A stretch of DNA of 64,000 nt from positions 661,687 through 725,686 of the forward strand of contig JBFWUP010000001.1 of NCBI GenBank assembly GCA_050247195.1, read 5' to 3'. The position numbers and the translations under genes were made by a program. The notes under the pieces are model-generated. The model saw only the letters and a program-made list of their open reading frames with translations, did not search any database and was not told the DNA's origin. Positions 48,524 to 57,436 of the stretch are shown here, in pieces. The stretch comes from Candidatus Melainabacteria bacterium. Lineage in GTDB: Bacteria; Cyanobacteriota; Vampirovibrionia; Vampirovibrionales; Vampirovibrionaceae. Numbering within the stretch: position 1 is the stretch's first letter; each line of letters starts with the position of its first letter.

Positions 48524-50767
48524 ATGCTTTTTTCTACGCTTACGATGGCCCGCACGGCGGAGCGGAACGGTAAGGCCCCTGTGAACAGTCAGCTGGACGA
48601 GTCCCGTCAGAACACCCAGGCTCTGCTCGGCGTGATTCAGAAGCTGATGGCTGCAAAAAGCCGTGAAGAAGTCCTGATGTCGGCGTTGATGCACATCTGC
48701 GATCAGTTTGGCTGGGCTTACGGGTCATTCTGGCAGCTGGATGCCGGTGCGCAGGTGCTGCGCTTCAGTCTGGAGTCCGGCTCTGTCACCCCTGAATTTT
48801 CTCAGGTGACCCGCTCGGCCAGTTTTGCTAAAGGTGTCGGCCTGAGTGGTAAGACATGGCAGCGCATGGATCTGATGTTTGTTGAGGACCTGGGCGAGAT
48901 GGTGGACTGCTGTCGCCGTGAGCCCGCCCAGCGCGCCGGTGTGAAGTCCGGGATTTGTTTCCCCATTGTCGTCAACGGTGAGTTCCAGGGCACCATGGAC
49001 TTTTTCGCCACGGAAACGCTGACCCTGTCTGAGAACCGTCTGGATGTCCTGAGGAATGTGGGCCAGCTCGTGTCTTCTTCTCTGGAGCGGATTCTTGATG
49101 CGGAAGCCTCCCGTGATGTGGCGCTGAATGCCGAAGCCCTGAGCGAAGTGCTGGGTAAACTGTCTACGCAGTCCACAACGGAGAGCGCTGTGACAACGGC
49201 CCTGAACACCGTTAAAGAGACCTTCGGCTGGGCTTACGGGTCCTTCTGGCGCCTGGATGAAGTGGCCCAGGTACTGCGTTTCAGCGTTGAGACCGGCAGT
49301 GTGACCCCCGAGTTCACCAAAGTGACCCGCGAAGCCAGTTTTGCCAAAGGCGTTGGCCTGAGCGGTAAAACCTGGCTGAAAAACGAACTGGTTTTTGTTG
49401 AGGATCTGGGTGAGATGGTGGACTGCTGCCGCCGCGAACCGGCCCAGCGCGCCGGCGTGAAATCCGGGATCTGCTTTCCGATTGTGGTGGATGGGGTTTT
49501 TATCGGGACGATGGACTTTTTCGCCACCGAGACTTTGACGCTGTCGGCAGACCGGCTGCGGATCCTGAAAAATGTGGGCCAACTGGTTTCCTCTACCCTG
49601 GAGCGGATTAAACGCTCCGAAGCCGCCCAGGAAGTGGCGCAGAACGCAGAAGCCCTGAACCAGGTGCTGGGTACCCTGGCCAGCCAGACCGATCAGGATG
49701 AGGCCATTATCGCTGCGCTGAGCACCGTCAAGCAGGCGTTCGCCTGGGCGTACGGGTCCTTCTGGCGCCTGGATGAAGCGGCCCAGGTACTGCGTTTTAA
49801 GGTGGAAACGGGCAGCGTGACCCCTGAATTCACCAGAGTGACCCGCGAAGCCAGTTTCGCCAAGGGCGTTGGGCTTAGCGGCAAAACCTGGCAGAAAATG
49901 GAACTGATGTTTGTGAAGGATCTCGGCGAGATGGTGGACTGCTGCCGCCGTGAGCCTGCCCAGCGCGCCGGCGTGAAGTCTGGAATCTGTTTTCCGATTG
50001 TGGTGAATGGTGAAATGCGCGGCACCATGGACTTTTTCGCCACGGAAACGCTGACGCTTTCCGAGGAACGTCTGAATGTGCTCCGCAGTGTGGGCCGGCT
50101 CGTGTCCTCCGCCCTGGAGCGTATTGAAAAAGCCCAGGCCGACAAGGAAAAGGCCGAGCTGCTGATTGTGCAGGCCAAAAGCATCGCCAACGCGTCAGAG
50201 ACGGTCAGTAACCACCTGCAGAGCGTTTCCAGCGCCACAGAGGAGATGTCCACCAGTGTGATGGAGATTGCCAAGAATGCGGCCTCCGCAGCGGATATGT
50301 CGTCCACGGCAGTGACTTTATCCGAGGAGTCCCAGGCGCATATGAATATGCTGGGGAAGTCGGTTCAGGAAATCAGTAAGATTTCGGATCTGATTAAGAG
50401 CATTGCCGCCCAGACCAACCTGCTGGCGCTGAACGCCACCATTGAAGCCGCCAGCGCCGGCGAGGCCGGTCGCGGGTTCACTGTGGTTGCCAATGAGGTC
50501 AAGGAACTGGCCAAGCAGTCCACTGCCTCTACCGAGACCATTCAGAAACGGATTGAGGAGATTCTGCGCAATACCCAGGAGACGCTCGCTTCCATGGGGC
50601 AGATCACCGACCTGATCTCACAGATGAACAACATCAACACCACCATTGCCGGCGCCGTGGAGGAACAGTCTGCCGTGACCAACGAGATCACGAAATCGGT
50701 GAGCGATGCGGCGATGAACAGTAGTCTGGTGACCGAGGATGTGATGAAAATGGCCGGCATCGGTTAA
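48524..50767 (+). CDS. Soluble chemoreceptor with three tandem GAF domains
   Basis: Three repeats of WAYGSFW.LD...GVGLSGKTW...DLGEMVDCCRREPAQRAGVKSGICFPIVV.G...GTMDFF; C-terminal MCP hairpin. Confidence 0.93.
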   Translation: MLFSTLTMARTAERNGKAPVNSQLDESRQNTQALLGVIQKLMAAKSREEVLMSALMHICDQFGWAYGSFWQLDAGAQVLRFSLESGSVTPEFSQVTRSASFAKGVGLSGKTWQRMDLMFVEDLGEMVDCCRREPAQRAGVKSGICFPIVVNGEFQGTMDFFATETLTLSENRLDVLRNVGQLVSSSLERILDAEASRDVALNAEALSEVLGKLSTQSTTESAVTTALNTVKETFGWAYGSFWRLDEVAQVLRFSVETGSVTPEFTKVTREASFAKGVGLSGKTWLKNELVFVEDLGEMVDCCRREPAQRAGVKSGICFPIVVDGVFIGTMDFFATETLTLSADRLRILKNVGQLVSSTLERIKRSEAAQEVAQNAEALNQVLGTLASQTDQDEAIIAALSTVKQAFAWAYGSFWRLDEAAQVLRFKVETGSVTPEFTRVTREASFAKGVGLSGKTWQKMELMFVKDLGEMVDCCRREPAQRAGVKSGICFPIVVNGEMRGTMDFFATETLTLSEERLNVLRSVGRLVSSALERIEKAQADKEKAELLIVQAKSIANASETVSNHLQSVSSATEEMSTSVMEIAKNAASAADMSSTAVTLSEESQAHMNMLGKSVQEISKISDLIKSIAAQTNLLALNATIEAASAGEAGRGFTVVANEVKELAKQSTASTETIQKRIEEILRNTQETLASMGQITDLISQMNNINTTIAGAVEEQSAVTNEITKSVSDAAMNSSLVTEDVMKMAGIG
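48713..50130 (+). repeat. Intragenic tandem triplication with 516-bp (172-aa) period
   Basis: TGGGC(T/G)TACGG at 48713, 49229 and 49745. Confidence 0.92.
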
Positions 50768-50791
50768 ATAGAACCCACCATGGTTATTCCG

Positions 50792-50818
50792 ACAGGCATC
50801 CGTTTGGCTGCCTGTTTT
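50792..50818 (+). terminator. Probable intrinsic terminator
   Basis: ACAGGCATCC-GTTT-GGCTGCCTGT followed by TTT. Confidence 0.55.
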
Positions 50819-51301
50819 GGTTTGACATCAAACCGGATCGTCAACCCTAAAAGTTCACAGAAAACTTCATATATTCTGGATCATAGTAGGGTTTTTTCGG
50901 TACCCTGATCCTCCCGCTACACAGGCTTGCCGCAAGGTGTTTATCGGTTTTTCGGAAATGCCGGCCCGGGCAGGTGCTTGTCTTCTGCCGGTGATCAATG
51001 GGATAATCATTTGGGATTACTATTGAGGAACGGGTAGTCACTTGCTTGTTGAGTTATCGGGGCCGAACCCGCTGCAATACCATCGAGAGTGAGTGGCTGA
51101 TTCCGGCAATCCACCAGGACACAACACCCAATCCCCGCTGATGTCGAAGGGCTGCGGTTTACCACCCGTCACTCCCCGGATACATCATCAGGCAAACCCT
51201 CCCCCACGATCAGGCTGGGCAGGGTTGTTTCCGGTCCTTCTCCGGGCCGGGCATCCCAGGAAACGAGAAACTTCTGTAAGCAGCGATAGAGAGGCGAGAA
51301 C

Positions 51302-54300
51302 ATGAGCGTTCCGGTCAGTAACATTCCCCAACAAACCACGTTGGACAGCGTGCTGGAAGATGAGTTGACGATCAAGGACTCGAAAGACGGCCCTGTGGCT
51401 CAGTCCTTTGCCCAGGTCAACCCGGCCGGAATGGTGTTTGACCGACGGTTCACCTCGCCCGATGTGCATCCGTTCGACGCCATTGAATATGAATACCGTA
51501 CCTCCAAAATCACCGAGCCGGATGGCACTGTGATTTTTGAGATGAAAAACGTGGAAGTGCCCAAAAGCTGGTCCCAGCTGGCCACGGATATCGCTGTCTC
51601 CAAGTACTTCCGTAAGGCCGGCGTGCCCGGCACCGGTTCTGAAGTCAGCGCCAAACAACTGGTGAAGCGCGTGGCCCATACCATCCGTGTGGAAGGCCAG
51701 GCCCGCGGTTACTTTGCCTCTGCCGAGGATGCGGAAACCTTTGAAATGGAACTCTCCCACCTGCTCATCACCCAGAAGGGCGCGTTCAACTCGCCGGTGT
51801 GGTTTAACTGCGGCCTGCACCACGAGTACGGCATTGCCGGCAGCGGCGGCAACTGGTACTGGGATGAAGCGGCTCACGGCCTGAAAGAGTCCACCAACTC
51901 GTATGAACACCCACAGTGTTCCGCCTGCTTTATTCAGTCCGTGGAAGACGACCTGATGAGCCTGTTTGATCTTGCCAAGAACGAGGCGCGGCTCTTCAAG
52001 TTCGGCTCCGGCACGGGCACCAACTTCTCCAAAATCCGCGGTCGTCAGGAGAAACTCTCCGGCGGCGGCACTTCTTCGGGGCTGATGTCTTTCCTGGAAG
52101 TCCTGGATCGCGGCGCCGGGGCGACGAAATCCGGCGGCACCACGCGCCGTGCGGCCAAAATGGTCTGTCTGGATATGGATCACCCCGAGATTGAAGACTT
52201 TATCAACTGGAAGCTGAAGGAAGAGAAAAAGGTGAAGGTGCTGATTGATGCCGGGTATTCCTCGGACTTCAACGGCGAAGCCTACCACACGGTCGCCGGG
52301 CAGAACTCCAACAACTCGGTGCGCATCAGTGACGCCTTTATGGATGCCTTTCTGACAGACGGTGACTGGCAGACGACCTTCCGCACCACCGGCGAGGTGA
52401 GCGAGACTTTCAAAGCCAAAGACCTGATGGAACAGATTGCCTACGCCGCCTGGGCCTGTGCGGATCCCGGCGTGCAGTTTGACGACATTATTAACGACTG
52501 GAACACCTGCCTGGACACCGAGCGCATTTACGGCAGCAACCCCTGTTCAGAATACCACTTCCTCAACAACACGGCCTGCAACCTGGCATCCATCAACCTG
52601 CTGAAGTTTCTGGATGACAAGGACGTGTTTGACGTGGAGGGCTACCGCCATGCCTGCCGCGTGTTCTTCACCGCGCAGGAGATTCTGGTGGATTTCGCCT
52701 CCTACCCCACCGAGCAGATTGCCGGCAACAGCCACCGCTACCGCCCTCTGGGGCTGGGTTACGCCAACCTGGGCACCATGCTGATGGTGCTGGGCATTCC
52801 CTATGACAGCCCGCAGAGCTACGCCATTACCGGTGCGGTGACCGCCCTGATGCACGGTCAGGCCTACCTCACCTCCGCTGAGCTGGCCGCCGTGAAAGGC
52901 CCGTTTGCCGCTTATGAGGAAAACAAACAATCCACCCTGCGCGTGATGAAAAAGCACCGCGACGCCTGCTGGGATATCAGTGCGGCCGACTGCCCGGCCA
53001 CCCTGCTGAAATCCGCCAAGGCGCTGTGGGATGACCTGCTGAACCAGGGCTATGAATATGGGTATCGCAACGCCCAGGCCACGGTGCTGGCGCCCACCGG
53101 CACCATCGGGTTGCTGATGGATTGCGACACCACCGGGATTGAACCGGATTTCTCCCTGGTGAAGTGGAAGAAGCTTGCCGGGGGCGGCTACTTCAAAATT
53201 ATCAACCAGAGCGTGCCGCGCGCCCTGAAAAAACTGGGCTACACCGAAGCCCAGATTACCGGGATACAGCACTATATTCTGGGCACCGGCACCCTTAAAG
53301 GCGCGCCGTTTATTTCGGAGGCCGTTCTGAAAGAACGCGGCTTTACGGATGAACAGATTAAAGAGGCCTACGAGAGTGTGAAACTATCCAGCAGCTTCAA
53401 CGAGTGGACGGCGGGCATCACGCCCGACATGCTCAAGAAAAGCGGCATGCCCGGCGCTGAAGTGAAGGCGGTGGTGAACTACGTGAACGGCACGCAGACC
53501 ATTGAGGGCGCGCCGCACATGAAGGATGAACACCTGGCCGTGTTTGACTGCGCCAACCGCTGCGGTGAAGGCAAACGCTTTATTGATCCGATGGCCCACA
53601 TCAAGATCATGGCCGCAGCCCAGCCCTTCCTGTCGGGCGCCATCTCCAAAACGGTCAACCTGCCGGGCTCGGCCACGGTGGAGGACATCAAGGAGATTTA
53701 CGTGGATGCCTGGAAGATGGGCCTCAAGTGTGTGGCCCTCTACCGCGACGGCAGCAAATTCTCCCAGCCGCTTAGCAGCGCTAAGTCTTCGGATGACGAT
53801 GATGACGAGCCGGCGGTCGCTTCAGCGGCTGAAACGGCGGCGGCTGAACCCGCTGCGCCCATGGTGGTGTGGGGCCAGAAGAAACACCTACCCCAGCGTC
53901 GCGACGGGATGACCGTGGAAGCCAACGTGAGCGGCCACAAGGTATACCTGCGTACGGGCGAGTATGAGGATGGCCGACTGGGCGAGATCTTTATTGATAT
54001 GTTCAAGGAAGGCGCCGCCTACCGGAGCATGGTCAACTGTCTCGCCGTGGCGGTTTCGCTGGGCCTGCAGTACGGCGTGCCGCTGGAGAAGTTTGTGGAC
54101 TCGTTCACCTTCACCAAGTTTGAGCCGGCCGGCGTGACCGATCACCCGAACATCAAGATGTCCACCTCCATTGTGGACTTCATCTTCCGGGTGCTGGGCA
54201 TGGAGTACCTGGGCCGCACGGACTTTGTGCAGATTCCGCCTTCGGAAGGCAAAACCCGCTCCGAGCTGACGGCCATGATTGCCGAGTCCGCCGTGAGCGT

Positions 54301-54505
54301 GCCGATCCAGAAGCGGCTGGAGCTGGATGACATGCCGGTGAAGCCCATTGCCAACCCGGAGCTGGCCAGCGTGCAGATGCGCAACGAGCAGCTGAAGAGT
54401 ATGATGGGCGATGCGCCCTTCTGCAGCGAGTGCGGGAGTATCACGGTCCGCAACGGGGCGTGTTACAAGTGCACCAACTGCGGCAACTCGGAAGGGTGCT
54501 CGTAA
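51302..54505 (+). CDS. nrdJ: Adenosylcobalamin-dependent (class II) ribonucleotide reductase with C-terminal TSCPD and Zn-finger regions
   Basis: FNSPVWFN, CSACFI, GSGTGTN, SNPCSEY..L.NTACNLAS, APTGTIG, GAISKTVN, YRDGSK and C-terminal CxxC..CxxC motifs. Confidence 0.96.
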   Translation: MSVPVSNIPQQTTLDSVLEDELTIKDSKDGPVAQSFAQVNPAGMVFDRRFTSPDVHPFDAIEYEYRTSKITEPDGTVIFEMKNVEVPKSWSQLATDIAVSKYFRKAGVPGTGSEVSAKQLVKRVAHTIRVEGQARGYFASAEDAETFEMELSHLLITQKGAFNSPVWFNCGLHHEYGIAGSGGNWYWDEAAHGLKESTNSYEHPQCSACFIQSVEDDLMSLFDLAKNEARLFKFGSGTGTNFSKIRGRQEKLSGGGTSSGLMSFLEVLDRGAGATKSGGTTRRAAKMVCLDMDHPEIEDFINWKLKEEKKVKVLIDAGYSSDFNGEAYHTVAGQNSNNSVRISDAFMDAFLTDGDWQTTFRTTGEVSETFKAKDLMEQIAYAAWACADPGVQFDDIINDWNTCLDTERIYGSNPCSEYHFLNNTACNLASINLLKFLDDKDVFDVEGYRHACRVFFTAQEILVDFASYPTEQIAGNSHRYRPLGLGYANLGTMLMVLGIPYDSPQSYAITGAVTALMHGQAYLTSAELAAVKGPFAAYEENKQSTLRVMKKHRDACWDISAADCPATLLKSAKALWDDLLNQGYEYGYRNAQATVLAPTGTIGLLMDCDTTGIEPDFSLVKWKKLAGGGYFKIINQSVPRALKKLGYTEAQITGIQHYILGTGTLKGAPFISEAVLKERGFTDEQIKEAYESVKLSSSFNEWTAGITPDMLKKSGMPGAEVKAVVNYVNGTQTIEGAPHMKDEHLAVFDCANRCGEGKRFIDPMAHIKIMAAAQPFLSGAISKTVNLPGSATVEDIKEIYVDAWKMGLKCVALYRDGSKFSQPLSSAKSSDDDDDEPAVASAAETAAAEPAAPMVVWGQKKHLPQRRDGMTVEANVSGHKVYLRTGEYEDGRLGEIFIDMFKEGAAYRSMVNCLAVAVSLGLQYGVPLEKFVDSFTFTKFEPAGVTDHPNIKMSTSIVDFIFRVLGMEYLGRTDFVQIPPSEGKTRSELTAMIAESAVSVPIQKRLELDDMPVKPIANPELASVQMRNEQLKSMMGDAPFCSECGSITVRNGACYKCTNCGNSEGCS

Positions 54506-54517
54506 GCCAGAGACTTT

Positions 54518-54542
54518 GAGGGGAGCGTGAAAACGCTCCCCT
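54518..54542 (+). terminator. Hairpin downstream of nrdJ
   Basis: AGGGGAGCGT-GAAA-ACGCTCCCCT. Confidence 0.7.
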
Positions 54543-54632
54543 TATCCAATTTTAGGTTCAAATTCACCTCTCTCATTTCTCCCCGAGTGGGACAGGTAGT
54601 TAAATGGGGAAAACAATAAGGAGGATTTGTCA

Positions 54633-54812
54633 ATGAAAGACAAAACCTACAAACCGGGACAGGAGGTCCCTAAATCCGGACAGTACGGTGTCTATGGCCC
54701 GAAAGGTGGTTACCAAGGACACGAGGTAACCGCAACTAAGGGTGAACCATTCTGCCCAACGCAAAAGCCGGGCCAGCAGTTTAAGCTGCACGACCCGACC
54801 AAGCACAAATAA
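54633..54812 (+). CDS. YjzC-family small protein
   Basis: KPGQEVPKSGQY...GP.GG....EVT...GEPF.PT.KPGQ pattern; AAGGAGG SD. Confidence 0.85.
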   Translation: MKDKTYKPGQEVPKSGQYGVYGPKGGYQGHEVTATKGEPFCPTQKPGQQFKLHDPTKHK

Positions 54813-54830
54813 TCCATACGTTTTTGGATT

Positions 54831-54872
54831 AAAGACGCGTTGAGGCTGACTCCCTCACGCGTCTTTTCTTTT
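54831..54872 (+). terminator. Terminator of the yjzC-like gene
   Basis: AAAGACGCG..TGAGG...CCTCA.CGCGTCTTTTCTTTT. Confidence 0.8.
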
Positions 54873-54917
54873 TAACACGCTACATCTGCGAGGGGAATCG
54901 TTGCATAACAATTCTTA

Positions 54918-54958
54918 CCCCTCACCCCCTGCCCCCTCTCCCGCAAGGGGAGAGGGGG
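54918..54958 (-). repeat. BoxC-like hairpin+tail element, copy A (inverted relative to B)
   Basis: CCCCTCACCCCCTG-CCCCCTCTCCC-GCAAG-GGGAGAGGGGG. Confidence 0.9.
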
Positions 54959-55061
54959 TGAAGGTTACCCGCAAGAGTGTGGAGAAAGAGCTCAAGGTCA
55001 TTTTTGGTGGTTCATGTCTTTTGTGGCTTGCAAAGCATTGTGGCGGAGAAACAACCAACGG

Positions 55062-55105
55062 CTCCCCCTCTCCCCTTGCGGGAGAGGGGGCCGGGGGGTG
55101 AGGGG
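55062..55105 (+). repeat. BoxC-like element, copy B
   Basis: CTCCCCCTCTCCCCTTGCGGGAGAGGGGGCCGGGGGGTGAGGGG (11-bp stem, 5-nt loop, G-rich tail). Confidence 0.92.
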
Positions 55106-55141
55106 CATTCCGGAGATGGAGGGTATTACGAGGAATCTAAC

Positions 55142-55477
55142 CTACAGACGATCCAATGTCTCCCTAATCCGCATAAGTACACTGTCGCGATGGTGAAGCA
55201 CCTCGGCCGTGGTGAAGCGAATGACTGTCAAACCCAGAGCCTTCAGGAAATCCTGGCGGGCGATGTCATTGCCGCGTTGTTCGGCTTCCAGATGGATGCC
55301 GCCATCAATCTCAATCACCAGTTTTTTGGCAGGGCAGAAGAAATCGACAATGTAACGTTCAATCGGCTGTTGTCTCCGGAAACGATAGCCGCCCAATTGC
55401 TGATTCCGAAGTTCACGCCAGAGCAATGCTTCGGTCTTGGTCTGGTCCCGCCGCAAGATTCTCGCCACGTCTTTCAT
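55142..55477 (-). CDS. DUF559 / YcjD-like (Vsr-like) endonuclease-domain protein
   Basis: AR.LRR..T..E..LW..LR, FRRQ.PI..YIVDF.C, LVIEIDG..H and D..R..FL...G..V.RF motifs. Confidence 0.95.
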   Translation of the reverse strand: MKDVARILRRDQTKTEALLWRELRNQQLGGYRFRRQQPIERYIVDFFCPAKKLVIEIDGGIHLEAEQRGNDIARQDFLKALGLTVIRFTTAEVLHHRDSVLMRIRETLDRL

Positions 55478-55489
55478 GGTGCCATTGTA

Positions 55490-55533
55490 CTCCCCCTCTA
55501 CCCTTGCGGGAGAGGGGGTCGGGGGGTGAGGGG
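55490..55533 (+). repeat. BoxC-like element, copy C (direct repeat of B, 12 bp upstream of the DUF559 start)
   Basis: CTCCCCCTCTACCCTTGCGGGAGAGGGGGTCGGGGGGTGAGGGT; about 3 differences from B. Confidence 0.92.
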
Positions 55534-55690
55534 TATTCGGGGCAGTCAGTGGCGTGGGGTATTGCTGGGAAGACTCGGAGGAGTGGGCTGAGTGGAGTCA
55601 GTACTGATCCACAGAGATATACCCCGTATACTTTTTCTTGCGAAGCGTAAAGTTTGGGGCGGGATTTAAAACTATTCGTGTAATATGTGG

Positions 55691-55767
55691 GAGCCTATCC
55701 GAAAGGGTTGTTTCACCACAACCTCAAAACCCCCACCGATCAGGATGATCACCGGGGGTTTTTGTTT
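55691..55767 (+). ncRNA. Candidate orphan small RNA
   Basis: TAATAT -10-like box at 55681; stems CC-GAAA-GG and GGTTGT-TTCACC-ACAACC; terminator AAAACCCCC...GGGGGTTTTT with no credible plus-strand gene to terminate. Confidence 0.3.
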
Positions 55768-55789
55768 GCCGGTCTTTTCCAAAACCAGA

Positions 55790-55815
55790 GCCCCCTCAAC
55801 GCGGGTTGAAGGGGC
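55790..55815 (-). terminator. Hairpin downstream of the 55839-56318 gene
   Basis: GCCCCCTCAAC-GCGG-GTTGAAGGGGC. Confidence 0.55.
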
Positions 55816-55838
55816 CTGATATGAGTCAGTCTGAGTTC

Positions 55839-56318
55839 TTAGAGCTTGTCGGGGAACATATAGCCCTTGGCCGTACCGTAGCCGGTGCCGGCCACCGTGC
55901 CGCCCACAGCGCCCACAGGAATGGCGAACAGTGTGCCCACAACGCCAGCGGGAATGAGGAAGGGTGCTTTCATAATCACCGCCGCGGCATCCACAAACGG
56001 GTCTTTGCTATTCTTGGCATCTAGGTTGCCAAAGGTATTGCGGGCTACCCAGCTCACGGATTCCGCCGTACCCTTACCCATGCCATATACTGCGCCCACG
56101 GGAGCGCCGGCAGCACCGGTCACCACACGTAGCGGAGTGGTCATAATGCGGCTTTCCACCGGCTTGGCGGTGGTGTATTCACCCTTTTCCCAGCAGACAG
56201 GGCATTCCTTGGCTTCAGCAGTCGGTTCTTCGCCCGGCGCCGGGGTTTCCTCAGCCATGGCCACCAGAGGTTGAGCCGACAGGGCCAGCAGGCTGAGCAG
56301 GGTAAAAAGTTTGCGCAT
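55839..56318 (-). CDS. Exported hypothetical protein with glycine-zipper-like hydrophobic segments
   Basis: Sec signal MRKLFTLLSLLALSAQPLVAMA; GxxxG repeats GAAGAPVGAVYG and GAVGGTVAGTGYG; AGGAG SD. Confidence 0.75.
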   Translation of the reverse strand: MRKLFTLLSLLALSAQPLVAMAEETPAPGEEPTAEAKECPVCWEKGEYTTAKPVESRIMTTPLRVVTGAAGAPVGAVYGMGKGTAESVSWVARNTFGNLDAKNSKDPFVDAAAVIMKAPFLIPAGVVGTLFAIPVGAVGGTVAGTGYGTAKGYMFPDKL

Positions 56319-56449
56319 GGGTTCGTTCTCCTGATTGATAATAAGCACCCCGGGGTCAACCGGCGATGATTGCAGTCTTCGTTCAGAAATCAGGAGAATT
56401 GAATTTCCAAAATGACGAGGCTGAGCAAATGGTTAGAACGAACTATTCG

Positions 56450-57436
56450 TTACACCACAAAGCCGTTGAGTGCGCAGGCCGCATCCGTGGTGGGGCGGCC
56501 CTGAGCATCCATGATCGGGGTTTCTGCCGGGGTGGTCTGCTGAAATGTGGACACGTTGCCGGCGAGAATCTCGCTGAAGGTGGGCTTGCGAATTTGCCAG
56601 AAGGTGCCCAGCGCTACCTGCGCCTCTGCCTGATAGGCCCGCGCCAGGGCAGCGGCGCGCTTGCTCTCCACTTCAGCCGCGTCATCCGGGTTGCTGACCT
56701 CGCCGTTGTAGCCTTCATCCTCCAGGTACTTCACGCGTGGCATTTCCTGGCCGTTCAGGGTGACGGTCTCGGCGTAAAAATCCTTGGTGTGCAGATCGTT
56801 GTAAGTGGGGCAGGGCTGCAGCACATCCACCAGCGCCATACCGGGGTGATCAATCGCCGCCTTAATCGTGGCTTTCAGGTGTCGGGCGTCAAACGCGTAG
56901 CTGCGCGCCACAAAGGTGTAGCCACTGGCAATGGCCAGCGCCAGCGGGTTAATGCCCTGCACCGGGTTGGGCAGGCTGAGCGATTTGGGTTGCGCGCCCT
57001 GGGGGAGCGTGGGCGAGGCCTGCCCTTTGGTCAGTCCGTACACTTCGTTGTTGAAGACCACATAGGTCATATCCAGATTGCGGCGTCCGGCGTGCATAAA
57101 ATGCCCGGCGCCAATGCCGTAACCATCCCCGTCACCCCCACCGGCGATGACCGTCATTCTGGGATTGCTGATTTTAGCCCCGGCGGCAAAGGCCAGTACA
57201 CGGCCATGGAGCGTGTGCGCGCCATACACCTGCACATAATGAGACGTCTTGCCGGAGCAGCCCACGCCAGTGAAGAAATAGGTTTCCCAGGGTTTACAGC
57301 CCAACTCTGCCACGGCGGACTGAATGGCGTTGGTGATGCCGAAGTCGCCGCAACCGGGGCACCAGTCCGGGTGCGCGTCGGATTTCAGCAGGCTGTTTTT
57401 CAGCGGTGTGGTGAGTTTCTCGCGGTTAGAGACCAT
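56450..57436 (-). CDS. korB: 2-oxoacid:ferredoxin oxidoreductase beta subunit
   Basis: WCPGCGDFG, GVGCSG, TLHGR, GGDGDG..IG, NNEVYGLTKGQ.SPT and LQPCPTYN motifs. Confidence 0.95.
   Translation of the reverse strand: MVSNREKLTTPLKNSLLKSDAHPDWCPGCGDFGITNAIQSAVAELGCKPWETYFFTGVGCSGKTSHYVQVYGAHTLHGRVLAFAAGAKISNPRMTVIAGGGDGDGYGIGAGHFMHAGRRNLDMTYVVFNNEVYGLTKGQASPTLPQGAQPKSLSLPNPVQGINPLALAIASGYTFVARSYAFDARHLKATIKAAIDHPGMALVDVLQPCPTYNDLHTKDFYAETVTLNGQEMPRVKYLEDEGYNGEVSNPDDAAEVESKRAAALARAYQAEAQVALGTFWQIRKPTFSEILAGNVSTFQQTTPAETPIMDAQGRPTTDAACALNGFVV

Noticed and set aside
50830-51301. Cobalamin riboswitch or NrdR boxes upstream of nrdJ
   Set aside because: No recognisable B12-box or convincing tandem 16-bp NrdR palindromes by eye; an Infernal or PWM scan would be needed.
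52500-52600. Intein or intron in nrdJ
   Set aside because: The catalytic SNPCSEY...ACNLAS region is contiguous and the length is normal.
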